A DNA stretch of 64,000 nt from Arcobacteraceae bacterium (GTDB lineage: Bacteria; Campylobacterota; Campylobacteria; Campylobacterales; Arcobacteraceae). Made by a program: the position numbers and the translations under genes. The stretch lies in assembly GCA_963662945.1 (NCBI GenBank), contig OY759974.1, forward strand, positions 2,048,001-2,112,000, in the 5' to 3' direction. A model generated the notes under the pieces. The model was not told the DNA's origin. It saw nothing but the letters and a program-made list of their open reading frames with translations, and did not search any database. Every line of letters starts with the position of its first letter. Position 1 is the first letter of the stretch. Shown here one piece after another: positions 32,845-40,542 of this stretch.

Positions 32845-33400
32845 AAAAGATTTACTTTGGATAGGTAAACATAAATTTGATGAGATTAATGAAGTAATAA
32901 AAATTTATGGAGATAATTTATTAACTATGGAAATATTTGATGAATTAGATAGACGATTTAAAGAATTAGAAAAGTTAAAAAAATTAAATATTACTAACAA
33001 TAACTTTACACATAAAGTAAAGTCTTATAACAAAATTAAAAAAAAGTTAAAAGAAGAATTTGATTATAACTTACCTTTAACTTTACCTTTTAATAGTCCT
33101 AGTGAAATTAAAATTTACATTCATTTACTTTTAAATAGTATAGATTTAAATAAGGAACAAATACAACAGGTATTTAAAGAATATGATAGTGAAATTATAC
33201 GATTACCTAAACTTAAAAATATAGATAATGATATATACAATGAAAAGTCTACACCACTTAATATGAAGATGTGGAAGAAAACAAATTATGTTTTATGTGA
33301 TGAAACGGGAGAATATATATCAATTGAAGAATGGCAAAAAAATAATAGGACAAAAATTTCAAAAGAAGATGCAAAGTTAATGGGACTAGAGCCCTCATAA
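32837..33400 (+). CDS. Hypothetical protein, coupled to the integrase
   Basis: GGAG RBS and ATG at 32837 overlapping the integrase end; no recognised domain. Confidence 0.65.
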   Translation: MDKKDLLWIGKHKFDEINEVIKIYGDNLLTMEIFDELDRRFKELEKLKKLNITNNNFTHKVKSYNKIKKKLKEEFDYNLPLTLPFNSPSEIKIYIHLLLNSIDLNKEQIQQVFKEYDSEIIRLPKLKNIDNDIYNEKSTPLNMKMWKKTNYVLCDETGEYISIEEWQKNNRTKISKEDAKLMGLEPS

Positions 33401-33476
33401 TCATAATATACTATATATTTAGCCAGTAAAATGTTACTGATTAAGAGCTTCAAAAAGTTTTCATAAAAATCTATAC

Positions 33477-33539
33477 TTACATTATCCAATAAGAGCTAAC
33501 TGGATGTAACACCACCTAATCGTAGCTCAATTAGTGTGG
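33477..33539 (+). ncRNA. Candidate structured RNA (two hairpins with complementary loops) upstream of alpA
   Basis: Hairpin 1 loop contains GAGCTA (33493-98); hairpin 2 loop contains TAGCTC (33523-28). Confidence 0.5.
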
Positions 33540-33564
33540 GAAATATAAAAACAAAGGTCATAAA

Positions 33565-33756
33565 ATGACTAATGAAAAATTTTTAAGAATAACAGATGTA
33601 ATGAGTTCAACAGGTTTAGCAAAATCAACTATTTGGTTATATGTAAAAGAGGGTAGATTCCCAAAACAAATTAAACTAAGCCCAAGAGTAAGTGTATGGA
33701 AGTTATCTGATGTAGATAATTGGATAAATGAAAAGATTGAAAAGGAGATTGCTTAG
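33565..33756 (+). CDS. alpA: AlpA-family regulator / recombination directionality factor
   Basis: FLRITDV...TGLAKSTIW..VKEGRFPKQIKL...VSVWKLSDVDNWI. Confidence 0.93.
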   Translation: MTNEKFLRITDVMSSTGLAKSTIWLYVKEGRFPKQIKLSPRVSVWKLSDVDNWINEKIEKEIA

Positions 33757-33855
33757 ATGTTAGCTTCATACATAGTTCAATCATTGACTTTTACTTATTC
33801 TTTCACTGCTCTTTTTAAGAATATTTTAAGGTTTACAGATGATAGCCAAAGATAA
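33757..33855 (+). CDS. Candidate 32-aa peptide MLASYIVQSLTFTYSFTALFKNILRFTDDSQR
   Basis: ATG immediately after the alpA stop, AAGGAG 9 nt upstream; below the ORF-track size cutoff. Confidence 0.45.
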   Translation: MLASYIVQSLTFTYSFTALFKNILRFTDDSQR

Positions 33856-34492
33856 GCTTGATGATGCTTTTAAACTGGTAAATAACTTTAAGTCTATGGA
33901 TTTAAAAACTCAGACCTTTAATCAATTTCCTCTGAAACATTATAGAGTTCCTGAGGTTGATGGTATTCATAAAGGAGAGTATCGAAAAGGTATACATAAA
34001 GTAAAACCATCTACTTTAAAGTATATTCTTTTTTATCTACATAACGTAGATGAGGATATGATTATCGAAGCTCTAATAGTTCTTTTATACCATTGGAAAG
34101 TAAAAAAGAAAGATACAAAGAGGATGAGAAAAGTTTATAATAGAGTATATGAACATTATACAGTAACTAATAAAGATAGTGTACCTATGGTTACTATTAA
34201 CTATAATGCTGTTGTATATTCTATTTCATTTAATGTAGGTTCCGTAAAGTTTAATAAGTTTGGATATACAACTGATAAATTTAGGTTTATAAAACTTATA
34301 GATGATGTAAAATCTAAATATCCAAATGTTAGTGTAGGTAACTTTCAAATTCATCAAGTTATTCAATTTAAAACAAAAGAACAAGCAAAAGCATTTGAAG
34401 AAGAAGCAATAAAGAATTTAGAACTTCATAAAGACTACAAGAAGTGTAAAGTATGCTTTGATGGTTATAAAGAAGCTTATTTACATATATAA
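33839..34492 (+). CDS. Hypothetical protein with C-terminal GIY-YIG/T5orf172-like segment
   Basis: VVYSI...KFGYTT..RF...AKAFEEEAIK...FDGYKEAY pattern. Confidence 0.5.
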   Translation: MIAKDKLDDAFKLVNNFKSMDLKTQTFNQFPLKHYRVPEVDGIHKGEYRKGIHKVKPSTLKYILFYLHNVDEDMIIEALIVLLYHWKVKKKDTKRMRKVYNRVYEHYTVTNKDSVPMVTINYNAVVYSISFNVGSVKFNKFGYTTDKFRFIKLIDDVKSKYPNVSVGNFQIHQVIQFKTKEQAKAFEEEAIKNLELHKDYKKCKVCFDGYKEAYLHI

Positions 34493-34507
34493 TTGTGTTG
34501 CCACACT

Positions 34508-34530
34508 CACAACCACTGCAAGTGGTTGTG
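34508..34530. other. Perfect hairpin without U-tract
   Basis: CACAACCACT-GCA-AGTGGTTGTG between convergent island genes. Confidence 0.55.
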
Positions 34531-34641
34531 TGGTAGAAATAACATTTCATATTGACTGTATTATTATATATAATATACAACCAAAAATAACAAAAATAAT
34601 ATCAATTTTAAAAGGTAGATATTTTTGTTAATTAAAATATA

Positions 34642-34902
34642 TTATTCCCCCATTGGTTGAAAAAAAGAAGCCATAGGTACATCCAAAACTTTTGAAATAC
34701 TATAAAGCTGTTTAATATTAAAATGCTTATTTTCTAAACCTGCCTCGATTTTTGATAGCATACTTGCAGATGAATGACCCATAGCAAGAGCAAGTTGCTC
34801 TTGTGTAAAACCTTTCATTTTTCTAAAATATTTTACATTGTTGGTTATAGTTTCAAAAAGTTGTTCAAACTCTTCTTCCTCTACATCATTATAAATCTGC
34901 AT
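34642..34902 (-). CDS. XRE/Cro-family HTH regulator
   Basis: VKYFRKMKGFTQEQLA...LSKIEAG...ISKVLDV. Confidence 0.9.
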   Translation of the reverse strand: MQIYNDVEEEEFEQLFETITNNVKYFRKMKGFTQEQLALAMGHSSASMLSKIEAGLENKHFNIKQLYSISKVLDVPMASFFQPMGE

Positions 34903-34997
34903 AAGTCTAATGTTTTCCCTATAGGTGTAAGATATATGTAAGTTTATAAAAGATACTATTTTTTAGTAACTCCCTATAAGTGAAAGAAAGGAACAGA

Positions 34998-35474
34998 ATG
35001 AAGTTTTTGAAAAATTTTATATTATTAGGTGTGATTTTATTGATAAGTGGTTGTACTCAAGCACCACATCCTATTGGAGGTGGTTTATATATGACTACAT
35101 CTACAGGTGCAGGATTTAGTGCAGAAGGTGTTACAAAAAGTGTGTATGCAGAAGCTGAAAAATTAGCTAAAGAGAAAAACAAAGTAGTTTATGTCGAATC
35201 AATTGATGTAGAGCAAGGTGCTTTGGGTAGAAATCCACCTTCAGCGAAACTAATGTTTAGATTAGTTGAACCAAATAGTGAAGAAGCAAAATCAAAACAA
35301 AGATTAATACCTGGTCTTCAAAGAATACAAATGATAGGAAACAATAATAATCCTCCAAAAAGTGAACCTACGTTAGAAGAAAAGCTATCTAAAATAAAAA
35401 AGCTTTATGAAGATGGTACTATAACCAAAGAAGAGTATGATAAAGCTAGAATTGGGATTTTATCTAACTATTAA
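34998..35474 (+). CDS. Lipoprotein with C-terminal SHOCT domain
   Basis: Lipobox LISGC; EEKLSKIKKLYEDGTITKEEYDKARIGIL; ATG at 34998 after AAAGGA. Confidence 0.82.
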   Translation: MKFLKNFILLGVILLISGCTQAPHPIGGGLYMTTSTGAGFSAEGVTKSVYAEAEKLAKEKNKVVYVESIDVEQGALGRNPPSAKLMFRLVEPNSEEAKSKQRLIPGLQRIQMIGNNNNPPKSEPTLEEKLSKIKKLYEDGTITKEEYDKARIGILSNY

Positions 35475-35486
35475 GGTAGTAATATA

Positions 35487-35711
35487 ATGATAATTAGTGA
35501 CTTAATAAGTGAAATTGAAGCTTTAAAAGTTCTTAATTCTAAAGAATAAGATGTACTTAATTTAGCAAAAAAAATGACAACTTCAAAACAACAAGTTGGA
35601 ATTGATACAAGTAGCGAAGAAGCAATAAGAAATGGTGAATTTCAATACAATGGAGATTCATTTACTACATATGGTTATGATTTTGATACAGATGATGGAA
35701 GAAGATATTAA
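35487..35711 (+). pseudogene. Small ORF interrupted by an in-frame TAA
   Basis: MIISDLISEIEALKVLNSKE*DVLNLAKKMTTSK...DTDDGRRY*; stop at 35547-35549; reading frame fills the gap between neighbours exactly. Confidence 0.5.
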
Positions 35712-35897
35712 ATGTCAGCAATAATAGCTTTAATTTCATTTTTTATTATAGTATATATTTATGGGTCATTAATACAATATTATGAGAAACGAAAAAACTA
35801 TAAAGCTGTTAGGAACATAGAGAAAATAGGTGGATTTTTCTTATTATTTGCTTTATTCTTTGGAGGAGTAAATATTGATGGTATTATAAAACCATAG
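35712..35897 (+). CDS. Small 2-TM membrane protein
   Basis: Two hydrophobic segments around a basic loop; ATG abuts the upstream stop. Confidence 0.6.
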   Translation: MSAIIALISFFIIVYIYGSLIQYYEKRKNYKAVRNIEKIGGFFLLFALFFGGVNIDGIIKP

Positions 35898-35918
35898 TCT
35901 AAAATAGGTACTAAATAT

Positions 35919-36830
35919 ATGAAAATTATAAAAACACTATCAATATGTATATATTTTACTTTAAATATATATGGTGGAATGTTAGATAACTCTAATTCAG
36001 AAAAATTTATAAGCAGATTTGATTTGTATAATACTAAAGAATTGGCAGAATATATGTCAAATATAATGATTAAACAAGTTGGTAGTTTTCCTATAAAAAT
36101 AGATGAAGTAACTATTCTAAGCAATATTACTTCATATAATAACAATATAAGAATATCTAAGCAAATTGATACTAATCATCCCTTAATGAAAAATCAAGAT
36201 TTTTCTTCTTTGGGAAATATGCACCAATACTTTTTCAACTCAGAAAGAAATTATACTTGTTCTAGTATATATCACTTATATACATTAAGTAGAGATATTA
36301 CTTATTATTATGACTATAGGGATTTTAATGGTAACAATTTATTTGAACATATTATAAAAAAAGACGATTGTGAAGCAAGTAATTTTAAAAAATTAAAAAA
36401 AACTACAAATAAAAATAAATTAATGTTAGAAACAACAATATATCCTTTTATTAGAGAGCTTACTAAAAGAGAAAATGATATATTTTTATTTATGGTACTA
36501 AATACAGATTATAAGTTTTTTACAAAAAAAGAAGCTACATTAATGAAAAAAAATATACGGATGATTATATTTCTGTTAGCAAACTTATCTAAATCAGATG
36601 AGACATTTAAAGATTATATAGACTTAGAAAGTTATGTTATTTTTAAAGAAAAAAATAAATTTGATTTAAAACTTAAAAATATTGCCGATAAGTTAGAAAT
36701 ATCTACCAAGCAAGAATATGAAGAATATAAAAATAAATATCTAGAAAAATCCATCCAAACTTTAAAAATTTATATTAAAATAATAGAAGAAATGGAAAAT
36801 AAATTAGGTACAAATAGAAACAAAACTTAA
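35919..36830 (+). CDS. Exported protein with N-terminal AspS-pilotin/PA3611-like domain
   Basis: Signal-like N-terminus; FPIKIDEVTIL...C...YYYDYRDFNGNNL...DDC pattern; helical C-terminal half. Confidence 0.5.
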   Translation: MKIIKTLSICIYFTLNIYGGMLDNSNSEKFISRFDLYNTKELAEYMSNIMIKQVGSFPIKIDEVTILSNITSYNNNIRISKQIDTNHPLMKNQDFSSLGNMHQYFFNSERNYTCSSIYHLYTLSRDITYYYDYRDFNGNNLFEHIIKKDDCEASNFKKLKKTTNKNKLMLETTIYPFIRELTKRENDIFLFMVLNTDYKFFTKKEATLMKKNIRMIIFLLANLSKSDETFKDYIDLESYVIFKEKNKFDLKLKNIADKLEISTKQEYEEYKNKYLEKSIQTLKIYIKIIEEMENKLGTNRNKT

Positions 36831-36847
36831 ATAACTATGAGGAAAAA

Positions 36848-37567
36848 ATGTTAAAGGGAATATTATTTTTACTATTAATGCTTTCTACTATAGAAGCACA
36901 AAATTTAGAAGTTGCAGAGTTAAAGATTGATTATGATTCTCACAAATTAAAGAAAAACTTTTTTGACTTTAATGGTATTAGACTAAGTAATATGATTATA
37001 GAAGTACGCCCTTTAGATAATCCTCAATTTTTAAATGTAATTGCTGAAAGTCTTTCACCTAGACTTGACTTCAAGTTTAAAACAGAAAAAGGATATTTAC
37101 TTGAAGGTTTACCTATAAAATTAATGAATCCAAATATAATAGAATCTGGAGATTTGTTTAGTAAACAAATATCTCTTTGTGATACAACTTCTTCTTTATA
37201 TTTGTATCCAAAAGATAAATATACAAATACAGATGATTTCTTATCTAAACAAGTTGAAAAAAAAAGAGAATGTAGAAAAGAGAATTTGTATTTTGGTTTT
37301 AAAGCAGAAGATGTCAGAGATGAAAGACTATATAGTATTAAACAAGATTTAATATCTCTTTATAATGCTAAAGAACATATTTTAGAAGTACATTATAAAT
37401 GGTACGAAAATAATTCAAACTATATGCATGATTTTTCTATTGTGCTAGGTCAAGAGAATACACGTGTAAAAAATAAACCTTATCAAGAAGTTAAATATTA
37501 TAAATTAAAATTTTTTAATAATATTCCAGAACACATTAAAAGAGTTAATAAATCTTATGATGATTAA
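36848..37567 (+). CDS. Exported hypothetical protein
   Basis: Signal peptide ending IEA; GAGGA RBS. Confidence 0.7.
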   Translation: MLKGILFLLLMLSTIEAQNLEVAELKIDYDSHKLKKNFFDFNGIRLSNMIIEVRPLDNPQFLNVIAESLSPRLDFKFKTEKGYLLEGLPIKLMNPNIIESGDLFSKQISLCDTTSSLYLYPKDKYTNTDDFLSKQVEKKRECRKENLYFGFKAEDVRDERLYSIKQDLISLYNAKEHILEVHYKWYENNSNYMHDFSIVLGQENTRVKNKPYQEVKYYKLKFFNNIPEHIKRVNKSYDD

Positions 37568-37837
37568 TAATATTATATTTCTTTTGATAAGTTATTATTT
37601 TAAAAAGAATAATTTTAATTTAATACTCATAGGAATCAAAAAAGTTAGAAATAGGATAATTTTCTAAAGACCTATATTATAAACAATGGGGTTTATATTA
37701 TTTCCCCCTATTGTAATATTTTGTTTATAGAAGTACGTAGAGAAATTTATTTAGAGATAGAGTTATGGACTATTTATTATGGTTAATAAGATATAATTGA
37801 ATATAGATTTTATTTTTATTGAGCGAATATTTCATTT

Positions 37838-37859
37838 TAGGGGGTATTTTAGTGGGTAA
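37838..37859. repeat. Integrase arm-type site candidates, right arm
   Basis: TAGGGGGTAT at 37838 and TAGTGGGTAA at 37850, same 12-bp period as the left arm. Confidence 0.7.
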
Positions 37860-37899
37860 AATTATATTTATATGTTATAAATGCCTAAAATAAAGAATA

Positions 37900-37924
37900 G
37901 TTCAATCCCGGACGACCCACCATT
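37900..37924 (+). repeat. attR: duplicated ssrA 3' end with a 1-nt deletion
   Basis: GTTCAATCCCGGACGAC-CCACCATT versus GTTCAATCCCGGACGACTCCACCATT in ssrA. Confidence 0.93.
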
Positions 37925-37989
37925 TAATAATAATATGTTACAATTCTTTTCATAAAATCATTAAAATATAAAAAAATGGATGTAGTATT

Positions 37990-38160
37990 ATGAAAGAATA
38001 TCTCTCTGATTTAAAATTTACCCTTGGGTTACTTTTCTTAATTATTTGTATCATTCTCTATAATATTAATTATTTTTTATCTGATGAAACAATTTCTGAT
38101 GTAAAAGTTATTAAACTTAATCTCATAGACAATAATACAAGTAATTTTATAAAAAAATAA
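37990..38160 (+). CDS. Small single-TM protein (56 aa)
   Basis: MKEYLSDLKFTLGLLFLIICIILYNINYF...; ends 9 nt before acyP; not in the ORF track. Confidence 0.5.
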   Translation: MKEYLSDLKFTLGLLFLIICIILYNINYFLSDETISDVKVIKLNLIDNNTSNFIKK

Positions 38161-38169
38161 AGAGTATAT

Positions 38170-38439
38170 ATGGAAAATTATAGATTTTTAATTAAGGGAA
38201 AAGTTCAAGGTGTTTATTATAGAAAAAACATAGAAGCAAATGCCTTAAATGAGGAATTTAGTGGTTATGTAAAAAACTTAGATGATGGAAATGTTGAAGC
38301 TTGTGTAACATGTTCTGTAACCAAATTGGAAAATTTTTTAGGTATACTTCAAAAAGGATCTCCAAATAGTATTGTAGAAAAGATAGAACAATACAGTTGT
38401 GATGAGGTTTTTACTGGTGAGTTTGAAATAAGATATTAA
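38170..38439 (+). CDS. acyP: Acylphosphatase
   Basis: GKVQGVYYR, GYVKNLDDGNVE, FEIRY. Confidence 0.9.
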   Translation: MENYRFLIKGKVQGVYYRKNIEANALNEEFSGYVKNLDDGNVEACVTCSVTKLENFLGILQKGSPNSIVEKIEQYSCDEVFTGEFEIRY

Positions 38440-38476
38440 TCTTTAGAAGATATAATACGAATACAAAGGATATAAA

Positions 38477-39046
38477 ATGAAAAAAATTATAATAAGTATA
38501 GCGACAGTCTCATTACTTTTTTTAGGTTGTAATGATAATACTAAAGAAGAAGTAAAAGAAACAACAAATAAAGCTATTGATAATGTTACAAAAGTAACAG
38601 AAAATATGACTGAAAAAGCAACTAATGTTGTGGAAAAAGTTACAGAGAAAACTAAAGAAGTGGTAAATGATGTTAGTGAAAAAACAGCTCCAGTTGTTGA
38701 TGAAGTTACAACAAAAGCAAAAGCTGTTGCTACAGAGGTTACAACAAGTGTGGTAAAAGTAAAAGAAGATATAAAAGAAAAAATTCATACAGCAACAGCT
38801 CCAGCAGTAGATGGAAAAGCTTTGTTTAAAGTATGTGCATCATGTCATGGGCAAAATGGAGAGAAAAAAGCTTTAAATGCTTCTCAAGTAATACAAGGTT
38901 GGGAAAAGTCGAAAGTTGAAATAGCATTGCATGGATATAAAAATGGAACATACGGTGCTGCTATGAGAGGTGTTATGGTAGGGCAAGTAAAAAATTTAGA
39001 TGATGCAAAAATATCAGCATTAGCATCATATATTTCTACATTATAA
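38477..39046 (+). CDS. Lipoprotein cytochrome c553 with repetitive N-terminal linker
   Basis: Lipobox FLGC; CASCHG haem motif; distal Met (MRGVM). Confidence 0.88.
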   Translation: MKKIIISIATVSLLFLGCNDNTKEEVKETTNKAIDNVTKVTENMTEKATNVVEKVTEKTKEVVNDVSEKTAPVVDEVTTKAKAVATEVTTSVVKVKEDIKEKIHTATAPAVDGKALFKVCASCHGQNGEKKALNASQVIQGWEKSKVEIALHGYKNGTYGAAMRGVMVGQVKNLDDAKISALASYISTL

Positions 39047-39048
39047 TT

Positions 39049-39435
39049 ATGAATAATCAAACAACAATAAAATTTATAAAACTAGGAGCTTTAATGATGG
39101 CTCTTAGTGTTGCATTTGGTGCATTTGGTGCACATGCTTTAAAAAATGTCTTAGATGAGCATATGACAAAAGTATATCATACAGCTGTAGAGTATCAATT
39201 TTATCATTCTTTAGGTATGTTTGTAGTGGCTTTTGTTGCTTATTTAAATAATGACAAAAGAGTAAAAATTGCTGGATATATTATGGTGATAAGTACAGCT
39301 ATTTTTTGTGGTAGTTTATATACTATGACCATAACAGAATTAAAATGGTTAGGTGCCATTACTCCAATAGGTGGAGTTGGTTTTATTATCTCTTGGATTA
39401 TGTTACTACTTAGTCTAAATCCTAAAATGAAATAA
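39049..39435 (+). CDS. DUF423 (YgdD/TMEM256) membrane protein
   Basis: GAFGAHAL, YQFYH, FCGSLY, GAITPIGG. Confidence 0.9.
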   Translation: MNNQTTIKFIKLGALMMALSVAFGAFGAHALKNVLDEHMTKVYHTAVEYQFYHSLGMFVVAFVAYLNNDKRVKIAGYIMVISTAIFCGSLYTMTITELKWLGAITPIGGVGFIISWIMLLLSLNPKMK

Positions 39436-39459
39436 GTGTTTTTGAGATATAATTTTTTT

Positions 39460-39753
39460 ATGAAAAAACTTCGGGAAGAACTTAGTAAATATCTTGTAAT
39501 TGTTAAAAAAGAGAGTTATCATACAAGAGCTATGGTAATAACTTTTAAAAAATTATTGCATAAACAACTAGGTGGCAAATCAAACCCTACTGAGGAGGAA
39601 GTAAAAGAAGCAATTATGCAACTAAAAGATGTAGGTAAAATAACTGCACTTCTACCACTTATTGCACTTCCTGGTTCTATTTTAACGATTCCAGTACTTG
39701 TAAAAATTGGAAAATATTATAATATTGATATTCTTCCTAAAATGAAGAAGTAG
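39460..39753 (+). CDS. Hypothetical membrane-associated protein
   Basis: PTEEEVKEAIMQLKDVGK followed by a hydrophobic LPG segment; ATG at 39460. Confidence 0.65.
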   Translation: MKKLREELSKYLVIVKKESYHTRAMVITFKKLLHKQLGGKSNPTEEEVKEAIMQLKDVGKITALLPLIALPGSILTIPVLVKIGKYYNIDILPKMKK

Positions 39754-40542
39754 TTATTGCTTTAGAGCTTTTCTCATAGTCTCAATTAACTCATCATCTG
39801 CTTTAGTATTTGTAAACAGTTCAAAAGCAATAACACCTTGAAAAAGTAACATATCTTCCCCATCTTTACAAGGTAGTTTGTACTCTTTTGCTTTTTGTAA
39901 AAAAGGTGTTGTCTTTCCATAAATACAATCAATTGCATATCTTGAATTTTTTAAAATATCTTCTAATACTGGTAAAGGGGTAGGGTAGTTGTCATCTTTT
40001 AATCCAGCACTTGTAGAGTTTACTACCAAATCATAGTTTTCACAAATAAAATCGTCCCAAGTGAAAGTTTTACATCCAAGTTCTTTAAAAAACTCTAATC
40101 TTCCCTCACTTCTATTGATAACAGTTGTATCAATACCAGCTTCATTAAAAGCAACAGCTATAGCTTTTGCAGTTCCTCCAGCTCCTAAGATGATAGCTTT
40201 TTTTATTTCATTAAACTCTTCAATAGCTTTCATAAAACCTGGTGCATCTGTATTGTAAGCTACTACTTTTCCATTTTCATTGATATAGGTATTTACTGCT
40301 CCTATTTTTTTTGCCAATCCTCTTACTTCATCTGCATTTTCATATGCATCTTCTTTGTGTGGTACAGTGATATTTGCACCTTTTAAGTGTTTAGCTAAAA
40401 AAACTTGTTTGATAGTTGAGCCATCTTCAAGTTGTGTTTTATCATAAACTCCATCAAATTTAATATGTGAAAATCCAGCATTGTGCATTTGTGGAGATTT
40501 TGAATGCTCTACTGGATTTCCAAAAATTGTAAAGTTGGTCAT
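39754..40542 (-). CDS. aroE: Shikimate dehydrogenase
   Basis: HSKSPQMHN, GANITVPHK, GAVNT, NTD, GAGGTA. Confidence 0.96.
   Translation of the reverse strand: MTNFTIFGNPVEHSKSPQMHNAGFSHIKFDGVYDKTQLEDGSTIKQVFLAKHLKGANITVPHKEDAYENADEVRGLAKKIGAVNTYINENGKVVAYNTDAPGFMKAIEEFNEIKKAIILGAGGTAKAIAVAFNEAGIDTTVINRSEGRLEFFKELGCKTFTWDDFICENYDLVVNSTSAGLKDDNYPTPLPVLEDILKNSRYAIDCIYGKTTPFLQKAKEYKLPCKDGEDMLLFQGVIAFELFTNTKADDELIETMRKALKQ

Larger units (their letters stand above)
31389..37924 (+). mobile_element. ~6.5 kb integrative element (CP4-57/P4-like genomic island) in the ssrA 3' end
   Basis: Direct repeat GTTCAATCCCGGACGAC(T)CCACCATT at 31389-31414 and 37900-37924; integrase next to attL; AlpA; XRE. Confidence 0.93.

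Noticed and set aside
37683-37714. Hairpin ACAATGGGG...CCCCTATTGT in the island right end as an ncRNA
   Set aside because: A single imperfect stem with no supporting promoter or second element; cannot be distinguished from chance or a weak terminator
31389-37924. Island as an intact prophage or a known defence system
   Set aside because: No structural, terminase or lysis genes, and no recognisable R-M, Abi, CBASS, retron or Cas domains
38170-38439. Acylphosphatase as a HypF fragment
   Set aside because: Complete stand-alone ~90-aa AcyP with no zinc-finger or Kae1-like sequence following
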